NCBI GenBank assembly: GCA_902384455.1
Contig: CABMCB010000038.1
Span: forward strand, 1-36,660
Reading direction: 5' to 3'
DNA length: 36,660 bases
Source of the DNA: an uncultured archaeon
GTDB taxonomy: Archaea; Altiarchaeota; Altiarchaeia; IMC4; SCGC-AAA252-I15
Part shown: positions 9,096-19,082 of the stretch, piece by piece
Layout of the letters: each line of letters starts with the position of its first letter
How positions within the stretch are numbered: the stretch's first letter is position 1
Program-made: the position numbers and the translations under genes
Notes under the pieces: model-generated
What the model was told of the DNA's origin: nothing
What the model saw: only the letters and a program-made list of their open reading frames with translations
Databases searched by the model: none

Positions 9096-11213
9096 TTATA
9101 GTGCCGTTGTTGCGGCAAAGCCCTGCGTTTGCTCCGGGCCGCCGCTTAACAGCGGACTCATAGATTTTTCGATAGAAGCACGGACAGCCTCGTTTCCGGC
9201 CTTGCCTAGCTGCTTCTGGTTTTCCAGTGTCTGCTCTTGGGCAAACTTCGCGGCTTGCGCCTTCTCCGCGCTCGCTGCTTGCGCTTGTTGAAGTGCCGCT
9301 GGGCTGTTTGCCTGATGACGCTGTCTCTCTTCGTCTGACATTGGGCGGAGAAATTTCTGACTGAACTTCCAGCCAGCCGCGTCCGTAAATGCTTGGAAGA
9401 TGGCAACTGCGTCGAATTGATAGCCCGCGTCATTAGCGTTTGTCACGAACGTCGGATTATTCAAAAGCTGAATCATGATTGGTAGCGCTTGGGCCATTTC
9501 CTTCTTTGCGCCCAAATTAGCACCGGCTAGGACCTCATACTCGAATTTTGCGTTGCGGTAGTCGATGTGGTCTAACTTGTACTCCGCCCCAATCTTCTCG
9601 CCCAGAATTTCTCTAAGCACCGTGGTCGGTAGCAGGTCGTTGTTCAATTCGTCCATGATAAGCAACCAAGGCTCGAAACACTGACGAACGAAACGACCCG
9701 TTGGGCCGTCAAGTCGGGATGCGTTGGCTTGAATAACAGCCGCTGCGCCGGTGCCCGACCTCATACCGGTGGTTGACACACCTGCGTGTCCAGCGCCCTG
9801 AATAACTTGCTCGTTCGCGCCAGACGTGGCCGCGCCCGCTGCTTGGGACTGCTGAATGAATTGAAATGCCTCGCTCGGGGGAGCGGGCATTTGTAAGAAC
9901 TTGAATGCTTTTTCAACGTCTTCTTCTACGTCGATAATGCCGCCCTGCTCCCAGCGCGTATTCTGAGTCGGCGCATTAAAGCCTTTCTTACGAAGCGCGA
10001 CCGGCTGTAAACAATAGGCTAAAAGGTCGAGTGCAAGGTTGGTTACCCCTTGCTCAACGATTTGTTCGCTTCCGATAAGTAGGCCGAGGCCCTGCCCATA
10101 AAAGCTGTCCGGGATATTACGCCAGTTAGCCGACAAGAACGGGATGCGCCCGTATGGGTTCGCTTCGTTGCGAATAAGGATGTTATGGCCGTTAAAACAC
10201 AGAACCACAATTACCTTCTCGTTGTCCCAACGCTCTAGAATTTCAATTGGTGCGCGGTTCGGGTCAGCCGTGGTCTTGTAGTTCCTCGGCTTACTGTGCT
10301 GCAAATAACCCATCATCCCTTCCGGGATGGTCATCGAAATGTTGTCGGGCCCAGAAGACGGCTTATCTGCACGCGCAAAAATAGCGCGAAGAACTTCTTC
10401 GTCTGGGATTTCATAGCCTTCGACACCGCGCAGGCGGTCTAGGTCTTGGTACGTCGCATAATCACGATAAACAACCCACGCCGCTCGGCGAATATCGCCG
10501 ACACGGCATCCGGGGTCAACCAACACAGTACGAATATCGCACCAGCGAAGCCACGGATGAGAGATTGTCTTATCGTAAAAAATTACTTCAAAGTCGTCTG
10601 ACTCAGGCGTATCAATGTGAACTACACCTTCGCCGTCCGGCACCTGTGTCTTCTCTGCGTAGCGCTTGTACTTCTTAATCTTTTTCTTGTACTCTGTGTA
10701 GCCCCACTTCCAAATTCCGGTGCCGAGAAGGGCCATCTGGTCTAAGCCGCGCTCGATTTCTTCCTCGAAGTGCATAGCTTTAAGTTCGAATGTGAAGACC
10801 GCAGTCTTCGCGTCCAAAAGCCCTTGGTCTGTCCCCGGGCTCGGGCGAAGCAGGAAGCACGGGTCTTCGTAGAAAATACCGCCCATCACTTTCGGGACGA
10901 TTGAGCTGATGTGGTTAGACACCATGAACTTCGGAACAGACGAAGACGCCACGCCCGCCGAGCCCCCACCGTCCATGTTATTCCCGGACATCGGCGACTG
11001 GTAAAGTAAGTCTGCCATTGTCCAGCCGGAGGCCCACTGGTTAATGTTGATGAAATTGTCCGCAGTCTCGGTGTCTGTTAGAACAAGCTTAATCGCAGCC
11101 GTGTCATTGAACTGAATGGTTCCTGTCTCAGCATCAATGTAAGTATTCTCGGTTGTAATCTCAGCGGCTGGCTCTTGGTACAACGCCTCGACCTTCTGGT
11201 CAATCTCGCTCAT
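9096..11213 (-). CDS. Portal protein
   Basis: ~705 aa after terminase; ALLGTGIWKWGY, VLVDP, NPYGRIPF...PDSFYGQG motifs typical of podovirus-like portals. Confidence 0.85.
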   Translation of the reverse strand: MSEIDQKVEALYQEPAAEITTENTYIDAETGTIQFNDTAAIKLVLTDTETADNFININQWASGWTMADLLYQSPMSGNNMDGGGSAGVASSSVPKFMVSNHISSIVPKVMGGIFYEDPCFLLRPSPGTDQGLLDAKTAVFTFELKAMHFEEEIERGLDQMALLGTGIWKWGYTEYKKKIKKYKRYAEKTQVPDGEGVVHIDTPESDDFEVIFYDKTISHPWLRWCDIRTVLVDPGCRVGDIRRAAWVVYRDYATYQDLDRLRGVEGYEIPDEEVLRAIFARADKPSSGPDNISMTIPEGMMGYLQHSKPRNYKTTADPNRAPIEILERWDNEKVIVVLCFNGHNILIRNEANPYGRIPFLSANWRNIPDSFYGQGLGLLIGSEQIVEQGVTNLALDLLAYCLQPVALRKKGFNAPTQNTRWEQGGIIDVEEDVEKAFKFLQMPAPPSEAFQFIQQSQAAGAATSGANEQVIQGAGHAGVSTTGMRSGTGAAAVIQANASRLDGPTGRFVRQCFEPWLLIMDELNNDLLPTTVLREILGEKIGAEYKLDHIDYRNAKFEYEVLAGANLGAKKEMAQALPIMIQLLNNPTFVTNANDAGYQFDAVAIFQAFTDAAGWKFSQKFLRPMSDEERQRHQANSPAALQQAQAASAEKAQAAKFAQEQTLENQKQLGKAGNEAVRASIEKSMSPLLSGGPEQTQGFAATTAL

Positions 11214-13498
11214 AATCTCCAAGGTCCTCTGTTACCAAAAACTCTCAATCTCGGGTCTTGCGGCTTCGGCGGGGTAATCTCTACGGCCACCGACGGCTTT
11301 TCTTTCATTGGAAGAAAATCAGAGCCGTGCATGGTGGTCAAACCGTAGCCGGAACCGAACATACGCTCGTGATTGTGTTTTTTAATGTAATCTTTTTCTT
11401 CCTTATCTAGGAGTGTCTTATACTCTTCCGAACCCATAGCATCCTTGATAAGAACCGAGGCCGGAAGACATGTCGCCGCTTGTGCAATGGCATCCGGGAT
11501 GTCGTCTTTACGACCCTTCTTCGTCTCGCCTGTGAAATTTTCAAATTGCTTATACGTCTCATCAATCCACGGGCCGGACACAATATGAAGACGGTCAGCC
11601 TTGAACAACAATTCCAAGGTCTTAACTCGGTTCGCTTTCGCGTTCGGCTCGTTCGACGGCGGTCTTAACTCAACTTTGCTGAGGTCAACGCCGTATCTAA
11701 TTGCGTGAGCGTTCATCGCGGTCTTCAACAAGTCTGCGCCGTTTATCTTCTCGATGATGATTCTCTTTGCTTGAGGATACTTACGAATGAAAAGAACAGC
11801 TTGCAACGCAAGTTCCGACGACCGCCACTTATCAAACTCAATCTCAATCACAACCATTTCAGACGTATTGTCTGGACGACGGTGAATGCGGGATGCCGCT
11901 AAAACAGAAAAATCAGATGTTCTTGAGTCGCTGAATGCAAAATCAAACGTCAGAACGACATCACCCTCTTTCGGGGCTGCGGTCGCCGCGTACGTGTGAG
12001 ATAACAAAAGCTGCCTGTTGAAGTGGCAGATAAAATCCGCCATCTGCTGGGGGTCGGTTGCGATGTTCAAGTACTGATTTTTAAAGCCGCGTTCCTTATA
12101 CTGTCTCAGCTTGGTCTGCAACGCCTTCCAGCCGAGTTTATATGGGAACCACAAATCCACCATGTCTTCGGTTATCTTAAACACGCCGTTCGGGGTATTA
12201 AGCAGCTTTTGAAACTCCGCCTCTCTCCCCGGCTTAGGTGTGTATGCCGAGACGCACACATACTTGAATGGCTCTGGCTCATTACCTTCCTCATCCTTCG
12301 ACATACGAAAGCCGTACCAGTCGTTGGTGAAGTAGCGAGTGCCAATTACGTCTGTGAAACCCCAAGGCTCCACCAACGCTTCCGTGGCCGCAATTTTGTT
12401 TTTCAACGTTTCTCGAAGCTCGTCATCCAATGAGTTCTTATCTTCAACAACGTCGTCCAGCTTACGGATGTCGCAACGAAGGCCAACGTAAGACGAGTCC
12501 ATCGAGGAAATCCACACGTGGTCTTCTTTGGTCTCGTACGTTTTCGCCGGACAAGTAATTGGGCCGGACGAGCGCCCCGCCACACCGGTGAGGATGTATT
12601 CAGGAAACAATTTTTGGAAAGCGGTTGCTTGGCCTCGGGACGGCAAATAGAACTTACGCTTAATCTCGCCCATGAACTTCGACGCAAGATTACGAACCGA
12701 TGTCATAATCATAATGCGAATGTCGGGGACGTTAAGCATCCACTGAATCGCATCCATTCCGTTTATCGTTGACTTAAAACCAGAGCGCGGTGCAAAAAGC
12801 ATCATCGTCTTGGTCGAGATAGTCTCAATTTTCCCGCCGACTTCGACGCGAGTTTCGCGCTTCTGTTCGTTGATAGCCTCTTCCACGTCGCTGCGTAACA
12901 TTCCCGGGAAGAATAGGCCGTCAAAATTCTTTTGCACAAACTGGTCGCAGAGCATCTGGTGTGTGTCGTGAAACATCTGCGTGTTTCCCAACAAGCGGCA
13001 TAACCAGAACAAATCCTTACGGGCTTTGTCGCGAAGGTCAAGCCAGCGGCGGAATGACACAACCTCGTTCACTTCGAACTCTTCGCGGTATTCCTTCTGG
13101 GTCGTTTCAATTTTGACCGGCTTCTCTCCGTCCCATCCGAAGATGGCCGGGATGGTAATCTTCTCAACCGACGGAATCGGCATACGCTGCTTTGGCTTCT
13201 TAGACGCCTCTGCTAGCTCATCCTCTTCGTCGCAGATGACATTAAGCGCACCGCCCTCGTAAATTCCTAACAGGGTAACGAGAGTACGGCACTCGCTCTT
13301 ATAGAACTTTCCGGTAGCGTCAAGCGCGACTGCCCACGACAAATCTTCCCTGTGGCGGGCGTCCCGTACTGCGGCTTGCTCTTCACTAGCGGCAACGGAT
13401 GCTAAACTCGGATAAGGTTCCGGCAAACCGTTATCGCGGGCGCGTTGATTCGCTTTACGACGACGGGCTCTTTCCTTTTGTGAGAGTTCTTTTGCCAT
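11210..13498 (-). CDS. terL: Terminase large subunit
   Basis: Walker A-like APRSGFKST, Walker B-like IRKLDDVVE, VIGTRY coupling motif, nuclease acidic motifs TFDFA/SDFS/KDDIPDA. Confidence 0.92.
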   Translation of the reverse strand: MAKELSQKERARRRKANQRARDNGLPEPYPSLASVAASEEQAAVRDARHREDLSWAVALDATGKFYKSECRTLVTLLGIYEGGALNVICDEEDELAEASKKPKQRMPIPSVEKITIPAIFGWDGEKPVKIETTQKEYREEFEVNEVVSFRRWLDLRDKARKDLFWLCRLLGNTQMFHDTHQMLCDQFVQKNFDGLFFPGMLRSDVEEAINEQKRETRVEVGGKIETISTKTMMLFAPRSGFKSTINGMDAIQWMLNVPDIRIMIMTSVRNLASKFMGEIKRKFYLPSRGQATAFQKLFPEYILTGVAGRSSGPITCPAKTYETKEDHVWISSMDSSYVGLRCDIRKLDDVVEDKNSLDDELRETLKNKIAATEALVEPWGFTDVIGTRYFTNDWYGFRMSKDEEGNEPEPFKYVCVSAYTPKPGREAEFQKLLNTPNGVFKITEDMVDLWFPYKLGWKALQTKLRQYKERGFKNQYLNIATDPQQMADFICHFNRQLLLSHTYAATAAPKEGDVVLTFDFAFSDSRTSDFSVLAASRIHRRPDNTSEMVVIEIEFDKWRSSELALQAVLFIRKYPQAKRIIIEKINGADLLKTAMNAHAIRYGVDLSKVELRPPSNEPNAKANRVKTLELLFKADRLHIVSGPWIDETYKQFENFTGETKKGRKDDIPDAIAQAATCLPASVLIKDAMGSEEYKTLLDKEEKDYIKKHNHERMFGSGYGLTTMHGSDFLPMKEKPSVAVEITPPKPQDPRLRVFGNRGPWRL

Positions 13499-13510
13499 GC
13501 CTTTCTCCGG

Positions 13511-13786
13511 TTATTGGGCCAGCGCCTTCTTCGCGTCCTCTCTCGTTTGGAGAGCGGTATTTAGCTCGGGCGCTTCGTTGTTGCGTATCCCCATGAACTC
13601 TTTTTCATCTGCTGGGGTGGTTCTTCGTGCTCCGGCTGGTGCTGCACCGGATGTTTGTCTTACTTGGTGGGCCTGTGTGTATGAGAAAGCGTTTGGTGCG
13701 CCTCCTGTTACACTGCTAGTAAATTTGTTTGCTGACTCTAAGGCCTTCTTCGCCCCCGCCAGCTTTTTATCTGTGTCGTTTGGCAT
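13511..13786 (-). CDS. Hypothetical protein
   Basis: Coupled to the upstream ORF (TAATG). Confidence 0.65.
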   Translation of the reverse strand: MPNDTDKKLAGAKKALESANKFTSSVTGGAPNAFSYTQAHQVRQTSGAAPAGARRTTPADEKEFMGIRNNEAPELNTALQTREDAKKALAQ

Positions 13787-14400
13787 TAGCTCCCCGCTGG
13801 GTCCATGTCCTCCTCAGCCTCATTCTCCTTCACCAATGCTTTAGCTGAGTAGCCGTTCTGGTCCTTAAAGACCCCGATTATTCCGCCGGGTTCAACCTTC
13901 AAACTGTCGTAGCTTTTATCAAACAAACGAGAAATTTCTCTGATAACCGAGCCGTGAACGCAAGCCGCTGACGGTGCGCCGCCTTCTTCCCCGACCTTGA
14001 TGATATTCATAAGAATGGGGTCTATGCGGTCACGAAACGACTGCACGCTTTCGCCTCCCGGTATGGTTTCTTCCGGGTTATCTCTGTAATATGCCAGCTT
14101 GTCGCGATTCTCTTCGTTCTTTGGTTTACCAGCAAAATCTCCGGTATCCAAGCTATTCAAGTTCTGCATCCCGACCGTGTTAAGGCCCTTCGCCTTCGCA
14201 AGCGGCTCAAGCGTTTGAGCGGTACGTTGCATTCCGCTGTGATAAAGTGCGCTTAGTTTATACGCAGACAGATAATGTGGGATTTCTTCCGCCTGTGTCT
14301 GTCCCTCTTCGTTCAACGGGATGTCAATATCCCCACGGAACGAGTCGGACTTATTCAGGTCAGTCTCTCCGTGCCTTATGAAGAACGCGACCAGCTTCAC
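13786..14400 (-). CDS. Histidine phosphatase (phosphoglycerate mutase-like) family protein
   Basis: RHGET catalytic motif, SGMQRTAQT, PGGES, VHG. Confidence 0.9.
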   Translation of the reverse strand: MKLVAFFIRHGETDLNKSDSFRGDIDIPLNEEGQTQAEEIPHYLSAYKLSALYHSGMQRTAQTLEPLAKAKGLNTVGMQNLNSLDTGDFAGKPKNEENRDKLAYYRDNPEETIPGGESVQSFRDRIDPILMNIIKVGEEGGAPSAACVHGSVIREISRLFDKSYDSLKVEPGGIIGVFKDQNGYSAKALVKENEAEEDMDPAGS

Positions 14401-15273
14401 TTAGTTTTCCTTCAACCAGTCCAAGATGTCTTGAAGCAGTTTGTCAATTCGTGACCCCAGCGTGTCCGGCGTCGGTGGTACCGACGGTTCTGGCGGCTTA
14501 CCTTGCGGCGGTCTAGGTTTTAAACCAGCAGAATCATCTTCCAAGAAATTATACAGCGTCTTACCTGTCGGCATTGCCGCTGTCGGCATCTGTGTCGCGG
14601 GAAATACTATCTCGACGATGCCCACAATCTTACCCGTAACCGGGTTAACCAGCGCGGAGCCGGACGCGCCGGGGCCGGTACCGACCGCTACCAAGTAACG
14701 ACCAACCAAAGGTTTCATGCGCTCAATAGGCTGAGTGATGATATTAGAAACCACCGGGCCCTCGACAACCTGCTTAGTGAGACCGAGAGCGAAGTTGACG
14801 TTCAAAAGTGTTGTACCCGACACCGGACTCGGGGAAGTTAAATCGACCTCAATCGGCTGAAATTCGGTGTGGCTGCGAAACGTAATGACCGCATAGTCAT
14901 AACGGTCGTCGTTCTCGGCCTTTATGATTTTAATTTCATGAAGAACCGGGTGGTCGGCTAACTCTTCCGCAACGTAATACGCGTGTTCGCCTTCCGGTTT
15001 AAAACAATGCCCCGCTGTGAGCGCAACGTAATCTGTCTCGCTGCCTCTGCCGATAACGGTCGCGGTACAAGTGAAGCGAGATTTAAACTCACAGCCCCAC
15101 TCCCAATCAGAATCGAAGAATCCCGGGTACTCGGTCCACTTACAAACCTGTTTACCCTCGTATACCACAAGCGTCGAGTGCGCCAGTTTTTCTCGAATAT
15201 TCAGAGTCTTGGCTGGCGCTGTCGGTGAGAATACCGCTGCCACTAAAAGGGCAAACGTGAGCAACATCTTCAT
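14401..15273 (-). CDS. Trypsin-like serine protease with signal peptide
   Basis: Hydrophobic N-terminus; TAGHC, DYAV, GPGASGS catalytic triad motifs. Confidence 0.85.
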   Translation of the reverse strand: MKMLLTFALLVAAVFSPTAPAKTLNIREKLAHSTLVVYEGKQVCKWTEYPGFFDSDWEWGCEFKSRFTCTATVIGRGSETDYVALTAGHCFKPEGEHAYYVAEELADHPVLHEIKIIKAENDDRYDYAVITFRSHTEFQPIEVDLTSPSPVSGTTLLNVNFALGLTKQVVEGPVVSNIITQPIERMKPLVGRYLVAVGTGPGASGSALVNPVTGKIVGIVEIVFPATQMPTAAMPTGKTLYNFLEDDSAGLKPRPPQGKPPEPSVPPTPDTLGSRIDKLLQDILDWLKEN

Positions 15274-15348
15274 TTACGTTCCAGAAGACGGCCCTTTGCA
15301 GAGCATCACCGTCTTAACGCGGTTCCCGAGGGACCCTCTGCTCCGCGT

Positions 15349-15618
15349 TTACAAATTCGTCTTGACAACGACGGTTGTGTCGGCGTCCTTGTCTTTGTCC
15401 TTCCCAAACATTTTAGAGGCGCGGTTGACCGCATACGGAGAGGACGCAAATGCGCCCAGCCCTGTCAACGCCATGCCGTCCGGCATTGCGTGGGTCTTCC
15501 ACACAACGAACAAAAGACTTGCGATTGACGCCAGTGTGCTCGCGGCGGTTAAGACGCGACTGCTGGACGGCTGGCCGTTATCAGAGAAGGCCAACCTTAC
15601 CCACTCTATAACGCCCAT
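15349..15618 (-). CDS. Small membrane protein, possible holin
   Basis: Two hydrophobic segments, SSSR motif, charged C-terminus. Confidence 0.55.
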   Translation of the reverse strand: MGVIEWVRLAFSDNGQPSSSRVLTAASTLASIASLLFVVWKTHAMPDGMALTGLGAFASSPYAVNRASKMFGKDKDKDADTTVVVKTNL

Positions 15619-15810
15619 TTACTTCTTAAACCCGCCCATCGTGTGAGCAAAATTTGCCATGTGCTGGACATGCTCATTCTTGGAGTTTCGGGCTGTGGCC
15701 AGACGGTCAGCCGGAATCGGCTGGTCTTCCGGGATATTCAGTGCCCGATGCAGTCCACCTTTGCGGAGATGGTGCATGGCGCGGTAAAGTGATGCGTTGT
15801 GCTTAGCCAT
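15619..15810 (-). CDS. Hypothetical phage protein
   Basis: KGGLHRALNIPEDQPIP motif; coupled to neighbours. Confidence 0.65.
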   Translation of the reverse strand: MAKHNASLYRAMHHLRKGGLHRALNIPEDQPIPADRLATARNSKNEHVQHMANFAHTMGGFKK

Positions 15811-16064
15811 TACGCCCCCTGCATTACTGGGTTTGGAATCGGGGTCGGCGTGCTTGCTGCCATCGGCTCACTATTCTCGTCGTGCTCCTCGCCGGGGTTC
15901 GGCGCAGAGGTGTGCTCCATCATGTGGTCAATCATCGCGTCGTGATTGGCAACCGCACCCTTCACGTCCTTGTGAGGACCGTCCTTGTGAACGTGGTGAA
16001 CGGTATGGCTTCCATCTTCGTGATGTTCGACGTGGGTATGGGTATATGGGTGCTTCTTCTTCAT
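15810..16064 (-). CDS. His-rich hypothetical protein
   Basis: HTHVEHHEDGSHTVHHVH; coupled to neighbours. Confidence 0.65.
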   Translation of the reverse strand: MKKKHPYTHTHVEHHEDGSHTVHHVHKDGPHKDVKGAVANHDAMIDHMMEHTSAPNPGEEHDENSEPMAASTPTPIPNPVMQGA

Positions 16065-16372
16065 GACTTTTCCTTCGGCGGTTCGACAAACTCACAACAG
16101 CCGTGCTGAATATTGACTATCGCTTTTCCTTCCGAATCGTGACGAACTTGTGGGTCCACCAGCATGACGGCTTGAGAACAACGGCCCGTTCCATCGAAAG
16201 CAACTACTGGCCCACCGCTGGCATCCTTTCTTAAGTAGATGCAGTCTTCACAGTGGTAAGGCCCATCTTCCGCGTAACCGGACAACTTGGTGCTAGGTGA
16301 CGGCCAGAGAGAACCAACCTCGCCGATAAGCCTTTTTAGACCCTCGATTTTTCTCGGCCAGTTTCCCGACAT
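16061..16372 (-). CDS. Cys-rich hypothetical protein (CxxC...C...CC)
   Basis: ORF track 16061-16444; probable start MSGNWPR after AAGGA. Confidence 0.6.
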   Translation of the reverse strand: MSGNWPRKIEGLKRLIGEVGSLWPSPSTKLSGYAEDGPYHCEDCIYLRKDASGGPVVAFDGTGRCSQAVMLVDPQVRHDSEGKAIVNIQHGCCEFVEPPKEKS

Positions 16373-16373
16373 G

Positions 16374-16547
16374 TTAATCCTTTTTACGAGACTCGTGCGC
16401 CGTCTTGTACGATGCGTTCTTATGGGCGTGCTCCGGGAGGTCATGCGACCCCTTGGAGGCTGCGTCCCACTCGGCTAGTGCCTTCTTCCCTAATACTTCC
16501 GGGTTCGCGTGCAGATAGCCTTGTTGCGATTTTGATACAAACGGCAT
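16374..16547 (-). CDS. Small hypothetical phage protein (MPFVSKSQQ...)
   Basis: GGAG RBS before ATG 16547. Confidence 0.6.
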   Translation of the reverse strand: MPFVSKSQQGYLHANPEVLGKKALAEWDAASKGSHDLPEHAHKNASYKTAHESRKKD

Positions 16548-16548
16548 G

Positions 16549-16824
16549 CTACTTCTCCGTCTCGTCCTGTGTTTCAACGAGGTCGGGCTGACGCCCTGAC
16601 AAAACTCTCAAATCTTGTTCGATGTGTTTCAAGTGGTTTCCGAGAAGCGTACTCATTCCGGTTTCCATCACATCCATGTGGATTGTCAGACGGTCGAAGA
16701 ATTTCTTAGCTGATTCATAAACGCCGCGTGACTTCCAAACCGTAGTAATTAAGAAAACCACAACGGTCAAGTCTCTGATTGCCGAGGACGCTTGGCCCAA
16801 AGTAATGCTGGCTGGGTCAAACAT
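16549..16824 (-). CDS. Small membrane protein
   Basis: Start MFDPAS after AAGGA; one hydrophobic helix. Confidence 0.6.
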   Translation of the reverse strand: MFDPASITLGQASSAIRDLTVVVFLITTVWKSRGVYESAKKFFDRLTIHMDVMETGMSTLLGNHLKHIEQDLRVLSGRQPDLVETQDETEK

Positions 16825-16959
16825 AGGGTCCTTAAAATGTGCCGGGACTATTACTCGGCGTGCCGTGGATTGCACACGTTGTTCTGCGGGGGCTGTCTTA
16901 GTAGCGACATGCCCGCCAGCGAGAATAAGGTCGGGGGTCCGCTAAGACCCCCGGAGGTT

Positions 16960-17565
16960 TTACGACTCGATTGTGAACTCAAACAACGAAGCGGTGTTCG
17001 TTGCGTCGGAGGTTCCGAAGGTAGCGCCTACGACAAAGCCCATCACTGCGCCCTGCCCCAAGCCAACGTTGCCTGTGTTGAAGTTCAAACCAGAAATTAC
17101 GGCGTCGGTAACCTTGTGCGACGAGTTAACGAGAATGCCGCGAGCGATGGCGTCATAGTAACCGCCCAAGACGCCGGAGTTGTTGTCGCCGACCAGAGTC
17201 ACGTCCAGTGCCCAGCCGTAAGCTGCGGCGTAAGTCGGGGTGATTGCGCCGGTCGAAGCCAGTGCGGTATATGTCGGAGATGCCAGAGTGCCGGTTACGG
17301 CAAACAACTGAATCGTCACGGTTCCCGACGGGTCGCCGGTGTCCGAACCGAAGCTGCCGCCTGCAAGGACGTTAAAAAGCTGTCCGTTGAAAACGTTAGC
17401 CGCAGGGAGAATAAGTGCGCCGACCGCCGATGTTGAGCTTGGAGTCAGAGGTGCTACGCCGATGCTCGGTCCTAGTGGGCGGGGGAAATACTTCACGGTA
17501 GTTCCGAGACCACCGACCTTCGACGGGAATGAACCATTCACGCCGTAATCAAGTACGTTGCTCAT
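16960..17565 (-). CDS. Putative virion structural/decoration protein
   Basis: Start MSNVLDY after AGGA; Gly/Thr/Ala-rich beta-type composition. Confidence 0.6.
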   Translation of the reverse strand: MSNVLDYGVNGSFPSKVGGLGTTVKYFPRPLGPSIGVAPLTPSSTSAVGALILPAANVFNGQLFNVLAGGSFGSDTGDPSGTVTIQLFAVTGTLASPTYTALASTGAITPTYAAAYGWALDVTLVGDNNSGVLGGYYDAIARGILVNSSHKVTDAVISGLNFNTGNVGLGQGAVMGFVVGATFGTSDATNTASLFEFTIES

Positions 17566-17678
17566 TGTGTTCCTATTGTACGCCGGGTTGACGGGAGCAC
17601 CGCCCACCAAACGCTGTTATGGAAGACGCTTTGAACGTGCTAGCGTTTGCCACATTCCCCGGTTGGACCGGGAGAAAA

Positions 17679-18290
17679 TTATAAATCTTCGACGCGGGCG
17701 TGGACCGAATATTGCATGGGGGTTGCGCCCACGCTTGTGTATCCGACGCCGAACAAGATGTTGCTTCCACTTGACGCATAGATAATCGTTTGTCCGCTAG
17801 CCACTGTTGTGGCTGGGTTATTATTAGCGTTGCCGGAAAAAGCCGTTCCGGGAGTCGTGACCACGACACCGTCATCTGCGGATGTGTAAGTTGCTTGAAA
17901 GCCCCCACTGCCGCCGAGAACACTGGATGTCGTGGCCGCTTGGGTGAGCTTAATTGTCCACGTAATACGAAAGAATCCAGATTTGATAGTTAATACGCCG
18001 TTCGGCTGCGTCGCATTTGTCGGGATCGTATACAGCAACTGGTTTGAGATGGCTGCCTGCTGTTGTGTTGCATCAAATGTTGCAACCTCACTAACTAGGC
18101 CATGCGAGACTAAGTTGTTGCCGTTCCACACATCGCACACACCCAGAGAGGCTATGTCACCTTCCGAGTCAACGCGCCAATTGATGCCGCCGCCTTGAGC
18201 GTTTCCAAACTGGATTGCGTCGTCGCCTTCGCTGAGATAAGTTCCAGCTACCGCGCTCTTTGTTACTGAAACTGGGTTTGCTAATGCCAT
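17679..18290 (-). CDS. Putative virion structural/fibre protein
   Basis: Shares an N-terminal DxxQ motif and a C-terminal pattern with 21108-22007. Confidence 0.6.
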   Translation of the reverse strand: MALANPVSVTKSAVAGTYLSEGDDAIQFGNAQGGGINWRVDSEGDIASLGVCDVWNGNNLVSHGLVSEVATFDATQQQAAISNQLLYTIPTNATQPNGVLTIKSGFFRITWTIKLTQAATTSSVLGGSGGFQATYTSADDGVVVTTPGTAFSGNANNNPATTVASGQTIIYASSGSNILFGVGYTSVGATPMQYSVHARVEDL

Positions 18291-18430
18291 CGTTAAACCT
18301 TGACCGAACTTACGGCCTTACACTCTCCAAATCCACCCACAAACACAAACGACCCTTTCCCAAGGGTCGTGTTTCGAGAGTAGACGATTACATCGTGGAC
18401 AACGACGCCGCCACACGGAGATTTAGCGCA

Positions 18431-18806
18431 TTAAGAACCGTGCGCTACTCCTAGATAGTCGAGATAGTAGGACACATTGCCGCCGAGGTTGACAGCTTGT
18501 AGAATGTCCAAATGGGAGGGATTTGCGAAGGCGCTTGCGAAGATTGCGGCGGTAGTGCCGCTTGCTAAAGAGGTAAAAAAACTGGCCGACGCGTGTTCCG
18601 TTGGTCGGGCTGACTGCTGGATTATGAACCGCGCCTGTATAATCGACGTTCAGCAACACCGTACCGGAGTCGCCGTCGCCCGGATTTACAATCTGAATGA
18701 GGTCTAATCTCTGATTCCCGACTGCGTTAGGCGTGACTTGAGGAAACGCAGCTTGAATAGACTGACCGGGCTGGGACGCAATGAGCGCCGTTAGCGTATT
18801 TGCCAT
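18431..18806 (-). CDS. Putative virion protein with a +1 frameshift at a T7 run (~18575-18581)
   Basis: Skipping one T gives ...GQFFTSLASGTTAAIFASAFANPSHLDILQAVNLGGNVSYYLDYLGVAHGS*, an internal repeat of the N-terminal half. Confidence 0.65.
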
Positions 18807-18855
18807 TTATTCTCCGTAAACACAAAACCTTCAAATGCGTGGTTTCGTTAAAACT

Positions 18856-18929
18856 TGGTTCCGGCGGCTCGACTCGAACGAACATGACGGGTTTCAGAGA
18901 CCCGCATCCTACCATTGGATGACATCGGA
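18856..18929 (-). tRNA. tRNA-Gln(CTG)
   Basis: CGGGT-CTCTGAA-ACCCG, TTCGAGT loop, CCA. Confidence 0.88.
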
Positions 18930-19047
18930 ACAGAAATGTTGGAAACGGTCATTCGACGAGGAGCGCGTCCGTGCTCCACTTTAGTGCTGGGCCGAACACC
19001 ATCGCCGTTTCCTGTCATGGTGTATGTACGGCATCGAATATGAAAAT

Positions 19048-19082
19048 TGGTTGGGGCGCGTGGACTCGAACCACGATTATCC
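19048..19082 (-). pseudogene. Orphan tRNA 3' half
   Basis: CGTGG-TTCGAGT-CCACG-CGCCCCA-ACCA directly after the HNH stop, with no 5' half. Confidence 0.7.
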
